This document shows, piece after piece, positions 10,223 through 24,800 of a stretch of DNA of 64,000 bases. Position 1 is the stretch's first letter. Every line of letters starts with the position of its first letter. The position numbers and the translations under genes are program-made. Below the pieces are notes generated by a model. That model did no database searches and was not told the origin of the DNA. It worked only from the letters and a program-made list of their open reading frames with translations. The stretch covers positions 15,438,001 through 15,502,000 of the forward strand of contig JBHGNT010000008.1 of the NCBI GenBank assembly GCA_043228905.1, given 5' to 3'. This DNA is from Azolla caroliniana (taxonomy: Eukaryota > Plantae > Polypodiophyta).

Positions 10223-13159
10223 ATGCTTACGCTGAGTGGAGCTTCCAGAGCTTCTGATGTTGCCTTTCTCCTGATTCTTTCTTTGTGGAGCTTCTTCTTC
10301 GCTCTGTCTTCAATGGCTCTCAATGATGAAGGCTTAGCGCTCCTAGCCTTCCGCCAACAGATAACCGCAGACCCTCTGGGAGCACTTTCCCTGTGGAGCA
10401 ACGCAGACATAACTCCCTGTGCCTGGCTAGGTGTTGTCTGCGATGAAAACGGTAATGTGAGCAAGCTGCTCCTGCAGAATAAGGAACTCTCAGGCTCCAT
10501 AGCCACGGAGCTTAGCAAGCTCGGTCGCCTTAGAGCTCTCGTCCTCTCTAACAATTCCTTCACAGGTCAAATTCCTGCTGCCGTTGCTTCAATGCCTTCC
10601 CTGTGGAAACTTAACGTTAGCAGGAATGTCTTATGTGGTTCCATTCCTGAAGGACTCAACTCTGGAGGGAGCTTACGCATGGTAGATATGTCAGGAAACT
10701 GTCTTTCTGGACCGATCCCTGCGTCGCTCTTCACTCTCTGTGGAAGATTGAGATATGTAGACCTGTCTCGTAATAATCTAAGTGGCTCCTTGCCACCATC
10801 CCTGGCGAGTTGCCCTCGTCTTGAAGGTTTAGATTTCTCTGTTAATTCTTTTGATGGTTTCATACCTGATGCCTTCAGCACTCTCCCTTTACTTCAGCTT
10901 CTCTCGCTAAGCCATAACCGTATCTCTGGAATCATTCCTCCTTCCCTTGCAGAATGCACTTCTTTGAGCCATCTCGACCTCGGCAATAATATCTTAGACG
11001 GTTCCATTCCACCTTCTCTCGTCAATCTTGGCAATCTGACTTTCCTTTCGGCGGGGCAAAATCATCTCTCAGGCGAGCTTCCTTTAGGTCTTCTTTTTCA
11101 TCCGAACCTGCAGCTCGTGAATCTTTCTTTCAATGCCTTATCTGGCTCCTTAACACCATCTGATCAAAACTCAGCTATTTGTCCATCCCTTCAGTTGCTT
11201 GATCTTTCTGCAAACAACTTCACAGGCTCCATACCTCTGACAATAGCAGCCTGTGTGAAGCTTCAGTTCCTGAACTTTTCTACTAATCATCTGTCAGGCT
11301 CTATTCCCGACCAGCTATGGCGTCTTTTCTCAGCACAGACAATTGATCTTAGTGATAATAACCTGAGCGGTGAGATTTCTTCAGAGGTTGGAAGCTTGAG
11401 CAGCTTGTCGATTCTGAGACTCGGCTCTAATCCAAGTATAGGAGGATCCATCCCATCTGAGATAGGCAACATTTCAGATCTGATCATCTTGGACATGGAA
11501 AATATGAGCCTTAATGGAAGCATTCCTTTGTCTCTTGCAGATTGCAGGTTTCTTCTAGAGCTGTAAGTATACGTGTGTTGCATGTCTTTGTGCCTAAATG
11601 TATCTAAGATCATGTTATATGTGTGAATAGTAGAGAAATCTCTCAAATCTTTGGATGATTCTGAAATCTCATCGCCATTTGGCAGTGATCTTTCGCACAA
11701 CAATCTAACAGGACGAATCCCTGAGTCTTTTAGCAACTTGACGTCCTTGAAATTGTTCGACTTAGAAGCAAATGGTCTGTCCGGTGAGATTCCCGAGTCT
11801 CTAGGGAACCTTTCAAACCTAGAAGAGCTTGATCTTTCCATCAACAAGCTGACTGGAGAGATACCTTCTTCATTGGGGAACATTAGATCTCTCTCTTTCT
11901 TCAACGTCTCATTTAACAGTCTCTTTGGTTCCATCCCTCGCAATGGCTCTTTGCAAAGGTTCAACGAAACTTCCTTTCTTGGTAATGCTGGTCTGTGTGG
12001 CTCTCCGCTTGTGAATAGTTGCGCATCTGCTACTGCCGTTGTTCCTCCTTCACCAGAGAAGAGACCACGTGTCCTGAGAGCTCCTGCCATAGCTGCCATT
12101 GTTGCCACTGCCGTCATCGCGTTTGGTGTTGTGTTTATCTTCCTGATGAATTTCCGAGTATTGAAGAAGATGACTGAGGAAAGGGTTTATGAGAGCACGC
12201 CTCCTTCTCCGGAGACAAGCCCCATCCTTGGGAAGCTTGTTCTCTTCAGTAAGACCTTACCAGCAAAGTATGAAGATTGGGAAGCAGGTTCGAAAGCTCT
12301 CTTGGATAAGGATAGTATTATTGGCAATGGAACCCTTGGGACAGTGTATAAAGCAACTTTTGATGCTGGAATTTCTCTTGCCGTTAAGAAGCTGGAAACT
12401 CTGGGAAGAATTAAGAATGCAGAAGAATTTGAAGAAGAGATAGGTCGATTGGCTAATGTCAGGCATCCTAATGTTGTCGTGATGCAAGGGTATTTCTGGT
12501 CCTCGGCTATGCAGCTTCTTCTCTCTGATTTCATCCCTAATGGCAGCTTGCATTCCCATTTGCATGATGATAGCTATGGTGAGCTGAATTGGAGAAGGAG
12601 ATTTAGGATTGCTCTTGGAACTGCCCGAGGTCTCGCATATCTTCACCATGACTGTAGGCCACAGGTACTTCATCTAGATCTGAAGTCCTCAAATGTGCTC
12701 TTAGACCATAGCTTTGAGCCTCACATATCGGACTATGGACTTTCAAAGCTCCTTCCGATGCTGGATACCTATGTAACAAGCAGAAGGTTCTATTCTGCAT
12801 TAGGCTATGTCGCACCGGAGCTAGCTTGTCAAAGTATACGTATAAATGACAAGTGCGATGTGTATAGCTTCGGTGTTATCCTGCTTGAGCTTGCCACCGG
12901 TCGGCATCCTGTAGATGAGAATGATCACGGAGGTGATTCCTCTGTGGTTCTATGTGATGTGGTGAGGTCTGCCATGGAAGAAGGGAGAGGTATCAGGTGT
13001 ATTGATCGTAATTTAAGAAATCCGCCTGAGGTTGAGGTCATGCAGATTCTGAAGCTTGGTCTCGTATGCGCAACTCAGACAGCTTCCAAGAGGCCAAGTA
13101 TGGCCGAAGTTGTTCAGGTTCTTGAGTCTATAAAACCTGGGAGTGACGAGAGTCTCTGA
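10223..13159 (+). CDS. LRR receptor-like kinase (At1g12460-like, LRR-VII type), exons 10223-11562 and 11686-13159, ~937 aa
   Basis: Signal peptide, LRRNT (LLAFR..W..C.W.GV.C), plant LRRs, FLGNAGLCG cap, TM helix and kinase (GxGxxGxVYK, [22 protein letters not shown]). The GT..AG intron 11563-11685 restores the frame (LLEL-DLSHNNL). Confidence 0.93.
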
Positions 13160-15922
13160 GAGTTAGAGCTTTGTCTTCTTCTTCAAAGCAAAGGTGGCCA
13201 TATGTATTCAGGGTGTACTCTATCAAAGCACAAATGTATGGGTGAAGAAGTGGTGCAGGTTGAAATGATTGCTCTGTCATGTAGAGATTCTTCTTGAAAG
13301 TAGAGATGGCCATATAAACGCATATGTATTCCATTTTTCAGAAACACAAATAGTACAGGCAGCGACATGTGAGCATCATGACCATACACAAATGTATGAA
13401 GTGGTACAGATAATGTCTCTGAGATGACAAGAGGTTTCTTCCAAACAGAGCTAGCCCCATTGATAAAAGATCACAGGGCTGGTGATGTCCCTGAGATGGC
13501 TACAGCTTTATTCAAAAAATGCAGCATGACCATATATGTATGGATGAATTGGTACAAGTCCTAGTCTACATCCATAAACCCGTGGAATTTGGAGACAATG
13601 TATCAAAGGTGATGCTGTATATGTATGCACATGTAATGAAGTGGTATCAATCTTTATTTGAAGATATGAAAGCATGGAAAAATGACGTCTGAGAGGTTAT
13701 ACTCTAGCAAAAGATTTACTACCGGTCTCCAGTGGAAGCAACAACTACCAGTTCCCACTCTCTTTTTATACATATATTTATACCAGAACATGACATGGCT
13801 TCCAAATCAAAAGTTTTTTCAAAGCCCTGGTATGGTGGAATGATTATTGCATGGCTTGTAATTTGAAAAAAAAGACGGAATTCTTGGGTTTTTATGATCC
13901 CCAATTATGAATTGAGAATACGGTCCTCCTCCTTCGTTTTGTTTTTGAATGTTTTAGTCGCCATTGATTCTTTCCGGAAAGAAGCTTGAAATTTCTTTCT
14001 GGGTGATTTGGATATTTTTAGAGAGTTCTTTTCATCTCATATCTCAAAGGTTTTATTTGATACCCCCAAAGGACAAGATTGTTAGGTTTCTGAGAGAACA
14101 GTTTTTGTAATAGTATATACATGAATCTGAGTTTTAACAATTGTTGAATGTACAGTCTTTCTCATCATGAACAATTATGCAGCTTATGGAATGATGTTTT
14201 ACTTAAATCTCATGAAAAGATTTTTCAGGTACATACGTAAGGGTATGGGGCTTGAGCCTTGAGGTTTAGTGACTTGGACCTGGAATTTGCCAGTGTTTGA
14301 GTTTTATAGCTACTTCTTTTCACTCTTAATCGGCTGAGTTCTGTTTGCATGCATGAGTTAATAGGAAAATATGACAAAATAGCGAATGGTTAAGAGAAAT
14401 TTATATATAAATTCCTCCAGATTTTGTTCCATGTACGAGTGTTTTCTGTCTTTTCTATATCGTCATTCTCATTACAAAGCTTGAAGATTGAGTTTGTGGT
14501 TTTGCGAGTTGTGTTTGGGTACACGATTGATTGATCCTAATCAAAAGGTGTCTTTTTCTTTTATGTAAGCATCTAAATGAAAATGGGAAAGGTAAATATG
14601 TTTACTAGGAAATTAGAAGGATTCTTTGCCATGCTATTAAATGAAAGTGGTTTTTTGTGTAAAATCTCATGGAGTTGCAGGTTGATCATGTCAAACCCCG
14701 GAAATTGATCTGCAATGCCGATGTTATGAAATCCATTGATAAAATACTGTCTGTCTTTGGCCAATTTAAGGCCATCCTGAAGGTGGGTGCTTTAATGAAT
14801 AGAAGAAGATCGAGTGAAAGTGATGGCTTTTTTTTTTTCTTTGTGTATGACGAATTTAATACACCCACCAATATGGAGGTTGCTTTTAATGAATGGAGGA
14901 TGAAGTGATAAACCATTGTCTCATGTCCATCATGGAAGTGGTGGCATTTAATGAAACAGTATAAGATCAAGCAGAAATCTTGCTTGATTCAGATTGTCAA
15001 GCAAAAGCTAGAAGAGTAGTAGTATTTATATAGTCTACACTTCCACACAACTATACATATATACATAGTACATACTACATATATGTACCTACATCATCAT
15101 ATAGACATACATACCTTATTACCTACACATACATGCATAGTACTTAACTACACACACGATGCAATAACTCAATAAGCATTAATAATTCCTTCTTGTTAAC
15201 TAGCCTCTTGAGAATCTAGAACTGAAATGACGGATTTAAAAGGTTGCCTGCCTTGTTTGGCTCAGTTAATGAGCCTCCACAGGAAAAGGAAAAAAGTGAG
15301 GACACAGAAGAGAGAGAGAGAGAGAGAGAGAGAGACAAGGGGGGCATTTATAAGTCTTGGCTGAAGTCAATAGGAGACGAGTGTTCTATATTCGTATGTA
15401 TGTACAAACTCTCTCAATTGAGTGCAGGCAATGGGGGGACAAACTCCTTAAACCCAGAAGGCCTTACAAAGAGCTATTGTTGCGTATAGGTTGTTCGGAA
15501 AATGGGACCCTGGATGTTACAAAAACCCAAGTAAAGGATAAGAAATGAGAAGGTAAGATTGGTCATACTAAGCCATCCCAAACCCTTGGATACATGCCTT
15601 GTTTTTTAATTATATTATTGTGCCCGCCTATAATGGATCTTATATGTTTTATTGAGAGAGTGTGTCTAATTCTTCTCTCTAAGTTGAGAGTGAGAGAGAA
15701 CGAGATGAAATCTATTAACTAGTAATGAAAAAGATGATATGCAACAAACTTACAAGCTGGAATAACCTTGTGAGAGCCAAAGCCACAAGCATTCCATGAT
15801 AAGCAATTTCATGAGTCTTTGATACATTGCACATATTTTCGTATAACCTAAAGAAGAAGAGATCCCAATCAACTTGAAAACAAAGGAATGAGCATTTGGG
15901 TACAATGTATAAAGGCGCAAAC

Positions 15923-16670
15923 TGTTGAGAATCCAGTCCCTTCGGATGGGATGGAGAACCAATCGGACCGGTCGGAAGTTGATCAATTGAAGAGGCGGAT
16001 GATAGCCGGCTTGTCCGAATCGGAATTCGGATATTACACGTTGGAATCTAATCGGATGGAAGTCAATCGGCTCGCGACCGATCTGACCAATCCCGATTGT
16101 GGTTGATTTAGCTAGTAGCCGAATCAGATGAAGGTGGAATTGGACAATGACTAATTTGACCCGTGGTCCAACTCAGCTGAATCAGACTCATTTAGATTGG
16201 GGCTATATTCATAAATAGCCTAAATGTGCCCATTGGGGCTATATTTGTAAATAGAAATATAAGTATGTAAGTGTAAATATAGCTAGGGCAAATAGTTAAA
16301 TGATGATATATATTATAGTTGAATAGTTGTGGCTGTTGTGGAGTGAGTTAGAGGCGAGCAATTGTGGTTGTTAGAGAAGGTAGAAGACATTCTCTAGTAC
16401 TCTCTCTCTCTCTCTTATTGTTGACATCTATCTACATCTTAGACGAAGGCTTTGAGCATTCAATTGTGGCCGAATCAGAGCATTGTATCACACATGATAT
16501 ATCAAGGAAGAATATCTTGTATAGTGAAGCTGTTACGGAGTCTATGGACCCCCATGGTTTTTCCAATTAGGGTTTTCCACGTTAAACTCTGGTGCATTTG
16601 CGTTTTTTTTGTTTGTTTAATATCTTGTCTCTCGTTGTGTGCGATCCTACATTCGTCAATTTTCCCATCA
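15923..16670 (+). mobile_element. Solo LTR (Copia-type, related to the 56944-62343 LTR)
   Basis: TG...CA ends and 5-bp TSD CAAAC (15918-15922, 16671-16675). GGGTTTTCCACG.TAAA and GGCTATA.TTGTAAATAG motifs are shared with the young Copia LTR. Confidence 0.85.
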
Positions 16671-18169
16671 CAAACATCATAGTCAAAGATCATACCACGA
16701 AGGAAAGCCCTAGAGATAGGGGGAGATATTAGAGCTGGATATAGTGTTGTGTTTGGCTTAAATTGAAATGCATGTCATGAACATGTGAATGTACTCTTTG
16801 TTGAGTTATATAAATAGCTTCCATAAATCCTAGACATAATAATAAGCCCTTCTTTGCTTTTAATGTGTAGGGGTTGACAGTCGTGTCCTATGCTCGTCCC
16901 CATACCCATATATATACCAATAGAAGAGCTCATGATCAATTTTGTGAGGAGTATCTCCCTCGATTGGACTAGTGTCCTTATGCATTGAATGTTTCTATCG
17001 TTTAGGTTCATTTATCCATGGATGCTTCCCCATGTGATCATAAGAAGACAATGCCATTATTCAATGACACATAATTATCACGTTTTGGTCCTCTTTATCA
17101 ATCTTTTACATTCAAATCATCGTTACTGCATCACTATCATATGGTTAAGCCTCCCTCCATACAAAGGTTTTTTTTTTTGTTGAAACTTTAGCCTTGCATA
17201 TGATTGTAACTTTTGATGAATGAAAAGATAATTTTGGTCATAAAAAGGCAAAAAATACAAAAAACCTTGAGACTTAGTCACTTCTTGACAATAGGCCCTA
17301 ATGTTTTCTCTTATTAAAATGTTTTCCTAATAGAAGTGCCTATAGAGGCTATTTACTTCATAAAGTTTTTTTTTTTTTGCCTCAAAAGTATATTTAAAGT
17401 TGGAATGGTGTGGGATGGTCTAGATCTTCTCAATCTTCATGTGGTGCATAATCATCATCAACACACTATGACAACGAGGAACAATCATATTGTATTGCAT
17501 GTTAATTGGACCGTAAAAGTTTTTGGGCCTCAATAGAAACCGATCCAACAAGATTGAAGTAAGATGAAACATCATGTGTTTGTAATCTAAATGAGGGTCA
17601 CAAACTTATAAGAGTCTTGTTAATGGCTAATAATTTTCAGAGATTGGATCACACTATACATCTAGACATAATCTTTGCAAATGTGTGCCTCTTTTTTCTC
17701 TTTAGCTTTGTTTTCATTTTCTTCTTGTTAGTATTTTTGGCTAGTGTTCTAGTGTTTGGATGGGGCATCACAAACGTTTTTCTATTGAAGAGAGATTTTT
17801 TCTTTTGTAGAGCTCATGCTCTCCTTTTATGCTTGCTCAATCAGCGCCCTTGTGCACATGGTTGAATGCCGAAATTTCGGACATCATTGTCTCCATTACC
17901 AGCCACTTGTGAGTCTTTGGTGGTTGGTTTAGTGTCTTGCTTGTTAGGTTTACGTTGTTAGAGGGAATTTTACATTCCTCTTTGCATAGTAGTCTAACTT
18001 GTTTAGAGTAGAACTTTGGTGTATAAGTTCATACGTTGATAGTGAATTATGTCCATGTTAAAAAAATTATGGTGTATCGTGCATTGTTTTTTGTTGTTTT
18101 CTTTTAATAATTTTGCACAACATAATATTTGTCTCATATAAGTGGTGAAGTGCTAGTGAGATTTTGATC

Positions 18170-19640
18170 AAGTGGTATCAGAGTCGAGTTTTAACACTTT
18201 CTCATAAAGGCAAATGTTTCCACGATGGTTTGCTTGAACGACAAAAACTACCACAAATGAAAGATCTACATTTTGTTAAAAAACTAACTTAAGTATTTTC
18301 GCAACGACTAAACCTAAGAGCAAAGTAATGGTTTCTCGAGAACCAACTGATATGTCGCTTTATCTGCCAATGGGTAGGAGATAATGTCTTAAACCATATT
18401 ATGGATGAAATGGACACGAAAGCTCTATGGAACAAACTTGAAACTTTGTATGCATCTAAGATAGGTAATAATAAGTTATTTTTGCTTAAACAAGCGATGC
18501 ATTTAGCATATAAAGAAAGTAATTCCATCTCTGATCATTTAAATGAATTTCATGGAAGTTTTGATCAACTTTTTGGTATGTGAGTAAAATTTGATGATGT
18601 GTGAAGAGTGGTGTTCTAAACAAAAAGATATGAAGGACACAAGTTAGACATGTATAACCATTGTGTTGTAGAACAACAAAGAAGAGTCTCCTTCAAACAT
18701 CATTTTTCTTCAAGAAAGGAAGAGGGATCAGATGTCTTTGGTCCTTTGAAGGTAAAGTCAATATGGTGCACTCTGCTTTGTCACTTTTATTGAAAATGAA
18801 GGATCAACTATTTAATGTGTTTAAAAAATTTCATTTTTCTGTTGAAAGAGAGACATGAAAGAGGATGAAATGTATTTGCATTGGTGAATATTATGGATCA
18901 TTCAATGCATACTATTGAGAGCATGGAATTAAGCATAAAAAACACCACCAAATACCCCACAACTAAATGGCTTGGCGGAAAAGATGAATGGAACTCTCGT
19001 TGAGAGAGTTTGATGTTTGTTATCAGATGCGAAGTTGTCCAAATCTTTTTAGGGTGAGGCCTTGAGTACCATTCCATATGTTATTAAGGTATCTCTTATT
19101 GTTGCATTGTAGGGCGATGTTCCTAATAGAGTTTCGTATGGTAAGTACTAAGGATGTTTCCTACAATCATTTATGTGTGTTCGGTTGTAAATGTTTTGTG
19201 CATATACCTAAAGATGAGAGGTCTAAGCTAAATGTTAAATCTAAACAATGTATTTTTATTGGGTATGCCAAAAATGAGTTTGGTTATGGATCTTATGACC
19301 CAATGGGAAGGAAACTTATTTATATTTATGATGTAGTATTTTTTGCGGATCAAATCATTGAAGACATTGAAAAGGTAAAGAGATGCAACATTCAAATGGT
19401 GGTTTTATTGACGTACGACCGAAGATGCTACATATGGAGATGCCTCCAAGAAGAAGATCACAAGGATGTTGATCAACTAGGTATTATAGACAATAGGGTT
19501 GAAGCTAATCATGATATTATAGGCATGCATTGAGGGGGGGAGAAAACTTCCTTACGAAAGGTAGTTAATCAACAAACTAGAAGGTCTACCAGAGAGCAAC
19601 AATTGTCTATGAGTATCCTAGTTCAGATTATGTCTATGAG
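18170..19640 (+). mobile_element. Degenerate, internally deleted Ty1/Copia (PBS, gag, integrase)
   Basis: PBS TGGTATCAGAG (18173-18183). Gag LWNKLETLYASK; integrase FKKFH..VERET and VFGCKCFVHIPKDERSKL..CIFIGY. Many stops and frameshifts. Confidence 0.85.
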
Positions 19641-19829
19641 GTATCCTATATTATATTTGCAGTTCTTTGTATCACTAATTTAGTGAGTTGGTGTCCTAAA
19701 ATAGGAAGCCACTACAATCCATGTACTCATGGGCCATGTTTCCTACTTGGGAAGAGGCGGCACAAAAGGGTTTAAGGGCTATTTCGTAAGTGTAAATTTG
19801 TGAATCAAGATTTTTCTTGTGAAAGCATA

Positions 19830-20055
19830 GAAGGAATGCATTTATTAAATAAAAGGTTGATTTAGGCACGCTTGGTATTGCCTGATAACTTCTTGAATCG
19901 CACGACCTCTGTGTTGATGATGCTTCATTCCAATTTTTGTCCTATCAACTTTTGAACGTAGGGTAGAGGCCTACCATAGTGGTGATGGTTGGTAGAGATT
20001 TAGGGTTCAAAATCGAAGAGGGAGTTGGAGAAACAGTCACCACATTCAAAGAAGG
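19830..20055 (+). pseudogene. Degenerate 18S rDNA fragment (5' domain)
   Basis: Colinear 18S motifs: ATGCATTTATTA.ATAAAAGG, CCTATCAACTTT, GGCCTACCAT.GTGGTGA, TTAGGGTTC, GAGGGAG, GAGAAAC.G..ACCACAT.CAA.GAAGG. Confidence 0.85.
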
Positions 20056-20827
20056 AAACAAACACACTATACGATAGACATTGTGTTATGAAAGAGTATT
20101 ACAAAGCATTGCGTATCTTTGAGGTACACCCAACTATTTTCAAGTATGATCCTTTGATTTGTATTGTTTGTCATTATGTATACAATAGGCCTTTCTCCCA
20201 AATGAATAACACCATGTTTCCCAACTTGGTGTGGCCCATACACATTCACATTCGACATACAATGATGCAGGCTAAAGAATTCACCAATGACCTTTCCGAG
20301 GGATACAAGCATTTCTATACTCTCCTCTTTAATCTTGTAGATGATAATGTTCTTCATTGGTCATTCACATTCCTGCTACATTCTTCACTTGATTCATGCA
20401 TAATAGGCGAGTTACATACATCCCCAACACATACATCAGTCCATGACTTTGTTGTGCATACATTTTTCATCTCACATACACCTTGCCTCATTGTCTCCAT
20501 TGTTTCCTCCTTTAATGCTTCCTATGTAAGCACTCATTTGTTTCCAATGAAGCTTTCTTTCTTACATTTTTGAATCTCATCTTCAAGTTTTATAACCATT
20601 TGCTTAAGACCTTGAATAATATCAATTTGTAGTTTTGCATTGTCTTTCATGAATTTTCATTGTGGCTAAATTTGTTGGAATTAATATCAAGAATCTTCGG
20701 TGAGCTTGGCTCATTATCAATAATAGTCTTGGCCTTTGTTGCCCCTTTGCAAGTGTTTGCCATTTGGTTGTGCCATTGTACAACCAAACGCTACCAGTAT
20801 ACTCTTGAAACTTCCTAAAACGTATCA

Positions 20828-21070
20828 TTCCTAGATCACATCATAGATCTTGTTGTGTTAGGTTCGATTCAAACCATATCTTGTCAAGATCAAACCGTGT
20901 ATAACCAAGCTATGGCTAAAATAAACTTTTGACAAAGAGAATTCTATTAGCTCTATTTGATATCAGATTTGATCTTCCTAGATCATATCATAAATCTTGT
21001 CATGATCTTGGGTTGAAACAATAGATTGTCAAAATCTGACCTCATACAATCAAGTCATGGCTAAAATAAA
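20828..21070. repeat. Diverged tandem duplication, ~148-bp period
   Basis: TTCCTAGATCA.ATCATA.ATCTTGT...ATGGCTAAAATAAA occurs twice. Confidence 0.7.
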
Positions 21071-21868
21071 TTTGAGAGAAATATTAGTGCTTCATCTTTA
21101 GAGAAGAACACGACAGTGACAATGAATAATGTTGCACTTCATCTTTGGGCATTGTGGAAAGGATTGAGCATAAACCTATTTGCTCCTTTTGGAATGTTAC
21201 AATATCATGATTGATTTTTACTGTCACAAAGCACTTTCTATAGATAGCACATGGTGTGATCTAGGTGCAGAAAACCAAATGTAAGATAGCTGATCTTCGC
21301 ATAGAACAAGAGATTCTTCGAATCTATAGTGATGGTGATGGTGGTGACCCTCAGTGCCCAACCATACAGGATGAATGCATGGCCTTGTCTGTATGCAGAA
21401 AATCAAATGTAAGATGCTAGAACATCAATCCAGAGACAGAAATAACTTCCCCACCTCTAACATGTCTACAGACTTATTTTCTTTTCAAGTTTCATGATAA
21501 TAAAATAACAAGATTTTGATCAATTCAGACTTACAGGAAATTGCCCATTACTTGAATTTTAAAACAGATTACAGACATTCATATCATCTTAATTGGTATC
21601 TCACTTGTAATCTCATTATTGTAAAGAATTACCGTTGCAATGCCTCCAAGAAATTAGCCATTAAATACATTCCAGAAGTTGTGAGTCGCAACAAACTTGT
21701 AAACCTCTTTATCCTCACAACCAAACCCTAATGTTCTAACAAACACCCTAAGGGGAAAATGGGTGCATATATTACAACAGCATTAAGGCTCATAATACTG
21801 ACATGAAATTCTGAACTGCCTTTCAAGTTTGGATGGATCTTAAAAACAAAACAGAAACTAATCTATTA

Positions 21869-24800
21869 TCATGGTTTCAATACTATTTCTGGTCGTGTTT
21901 CTAGTAAGGACTCTATGTATGAATACCCAACTTTCTTGAGAGAAATCAAATGGGACGGGCAGTTCAAAAGCTTGTTCGGTATGTGTTGCAAACTTTGAGT
22001 TCTGGTTGCACCTTCGTCAACTTTGATTAAGGCATTCATGGCCTTCCCAAAAACTGCCTGGAAGGCAGATGGACCTGGCAATAGAAAAATCATTTGCTTC
22101 TCAAATTTTCAGTTACTACCTAAAAAAAGATCACATCATGTCTAAGGAAATACTCGAAAACAATGAATGAACCCTTCACACACTTTATAGACCAATGGTA
22201 TTGCAATCTATCAAACATAACACATCCTAAGCATGTGAAATTGAGGAACAGAAACAATAAACAATTACATTAACATTCATACAAAATATGCAGTACACAC
22301 ATTATAACCCAGACCGCACAACTTGTGTAGAAATAATCACCTTCTTTCTCGCTATTATTAAATTTCCTTTTTATGGCATCCTCAGATTCATCCCCTTTGG
22401 TTAATGGATCAAACATCACATATTCCCTCTTTCCATTGAAAAAAAGCAGATGGCTTCTTTTAGGAGACCGTTCACTCATATCCAAATTGATCTCAGAATC
22501 TATATCTGACGGAATAAAGCAAAATATCATACTTCCTTTTACCTGATAAGCACACAAACCTGTAAGCCTCAGTAATAGGTTATCAAGACCAGTATAATAA
22601 GTTCATTGATGCAAGCATGAGTACAAGAATTGACAAATAATAACATCGAGAAGTATTACATCTTCAGCATCCCATAACGCACAAGGAGAAGGAGAGTTGA
22701 CATCAAATACAGCGAGAAACCCTTGGTTCTTCCATTCATCTTGTTTTTTCACAGAAACCTTCTTTCCTGAAGCCCCCATAATTGCAAACCGACTACTGCA
22801 TGGATCAAGTGCAATGGCTGCCACCAATAAAATCATGTGAATTAGTGATCTCAAAAAATTCTGGTGTGAATTTTGCTTGCCCCCTCAGTATGAGAAGACA
22901 GCATAGACCTGGTTTCATGCATTCATTGATATATTGTTGCAAGGTTCTATCCAATGGACAGAAATGCTTAATTAATTCTCTTTTATTTTGCTGAGAATAT
23001 TTTTAAATTCCCACATTAAAAACTTAAATGATCTAGATGGCGAAAAGAGAAGGTATATTTTATATTCACAAGATAGTGCATTGTGTAGTATACTCAGGAA
23101 ACTTGTCACAAAAATACCTTGTACATTAACATGATATGACCAGCAAATGGATAGAGTCTCAAGATTCCAAACCATTAACTCTGGATGTTGACCATTGGAA
23201 GAGACTATCAAGTGTTTTGTTGTTGGCGAGAAGTGCAGCATTTGCACCGGCTGCATAATTAAACATGTTCACCATAGGAAAAATCAAACACTTCGTCAAT
23301 AATGAGGGATACACTGCTAGACATTTTATCAATAAAGAGGGATTCAAAATTTATACGCATCAGTAAAATAAATTCAATCATTTTCTAGTATTAAAGTAGA
23401 TAAATACCAAATGATGTTACCCAAAAAGACCATCTTAAAGACAACACAGCCTATGGGACAAAAATCATACAGAGGCTGGAATAATGTCAGTCTTGTGGTC
23501 TATGTTGCCACAGAATACAAGAATCTATGCCTGTGTAAAATACAGAAGACCACTCTAATCATCCAACTGTTCATAACTCTTTAATATTTCTCACCTACTA
23601 GGAATAATTTGATTTTATTGTGCTTCAGCGCCTCATATATGTGCATAGGCAAATCAATATATAAAAGATGAAAGCTTCTCTATTTTCCGCAGTATGGTGC
23701 AGTAATTAATCACAGACTCCCACAGGAGTGATGACAATAATGACCTCGCAGATAGCCTTGCAGTTCTAGAATAACACAAATACCATGGGTGCACCATGCA
23801 CCATAATTTGAATCATTGAAAAAATCGTGCTTGTGTACCCTCTAGATATATAGACCATGAAAACAGAGAAAGTGTGAATACAAACTTGAAAACGAAGTTA
23901 TTCAACTCAAGACATTCGTTAAGGTAACTCGAAACATATTGAAGGTTTAAGGTTTAGGGACTTACATGCATCGCACTTCGCATGAGCACGTGCACTAAAC
24001 CATTGGTAGAAGGGTTCCAAAGGGTAATAAACTCTTCAGCAGCAACTGCTAATATTGAGCCATCAGTTGAAAACGCTGCACAGTGCATAGGCTTTTGTCT
24101 GCATTAATTCCAAAATAAGAAATTAAAACCATCGTTTCTAAAGAAGAGCCTAGCTCGACACCCAGCGCACACAGCAAGTAGCCAGAAAAGACACTCGAGC
24201 TATAAATCTTCAGGAATTCTTTATACTCCAATAAAGTAATTGCTATACAGCATCTCATTAGTCCAAATTGATCAATTACCCCAAGATATGGAATAAATAA
24301 AGCTAGAGATGGAAATTCATTCCTATTCTATAGCCAGAAAAGACACTCAAGCTATAAATCTTCAGGAATTCTTTATACTCCAATAAAGTAATTGCTATAC
24401 AGCATCTCATTAGTCCAAATTGATCAATTACCCCAAGATATGGAATAAATAAAGCTAGAGATGGAAATTCATTCCTATTCTATAATACTCCCTCATATAA
24501 AGACTAGAAGAGGATGACGTGAATGGCCTGTAATCACATGGAGACCCAAAAAAAGAGCATTGCACTTGAAATCGTAAAAATCAACGAAATGCGACAAACA
24601 AGCATTGCAGAAGGATAAGAAGTCTACTGATAAGATCCCACTGATCGGCATCTCCAGCATGAAGGACCTGCTTTGGTATCTTTGTTCTCATCTTGAACCC
24701 ATACCTGCAGGAGCAAAGAATAAGCGACAAGTAGCCAAATGCAGAAATAGAAACCCAACTCCTTTACAACTAACAGATTTCTCCAAATATTCCACTAAAA

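Noticed and set aside
20067-20828. Possible LINE ORF1 relic on the minus strand
   Set aside because: Only vague similarity, with no diagnostic motif.
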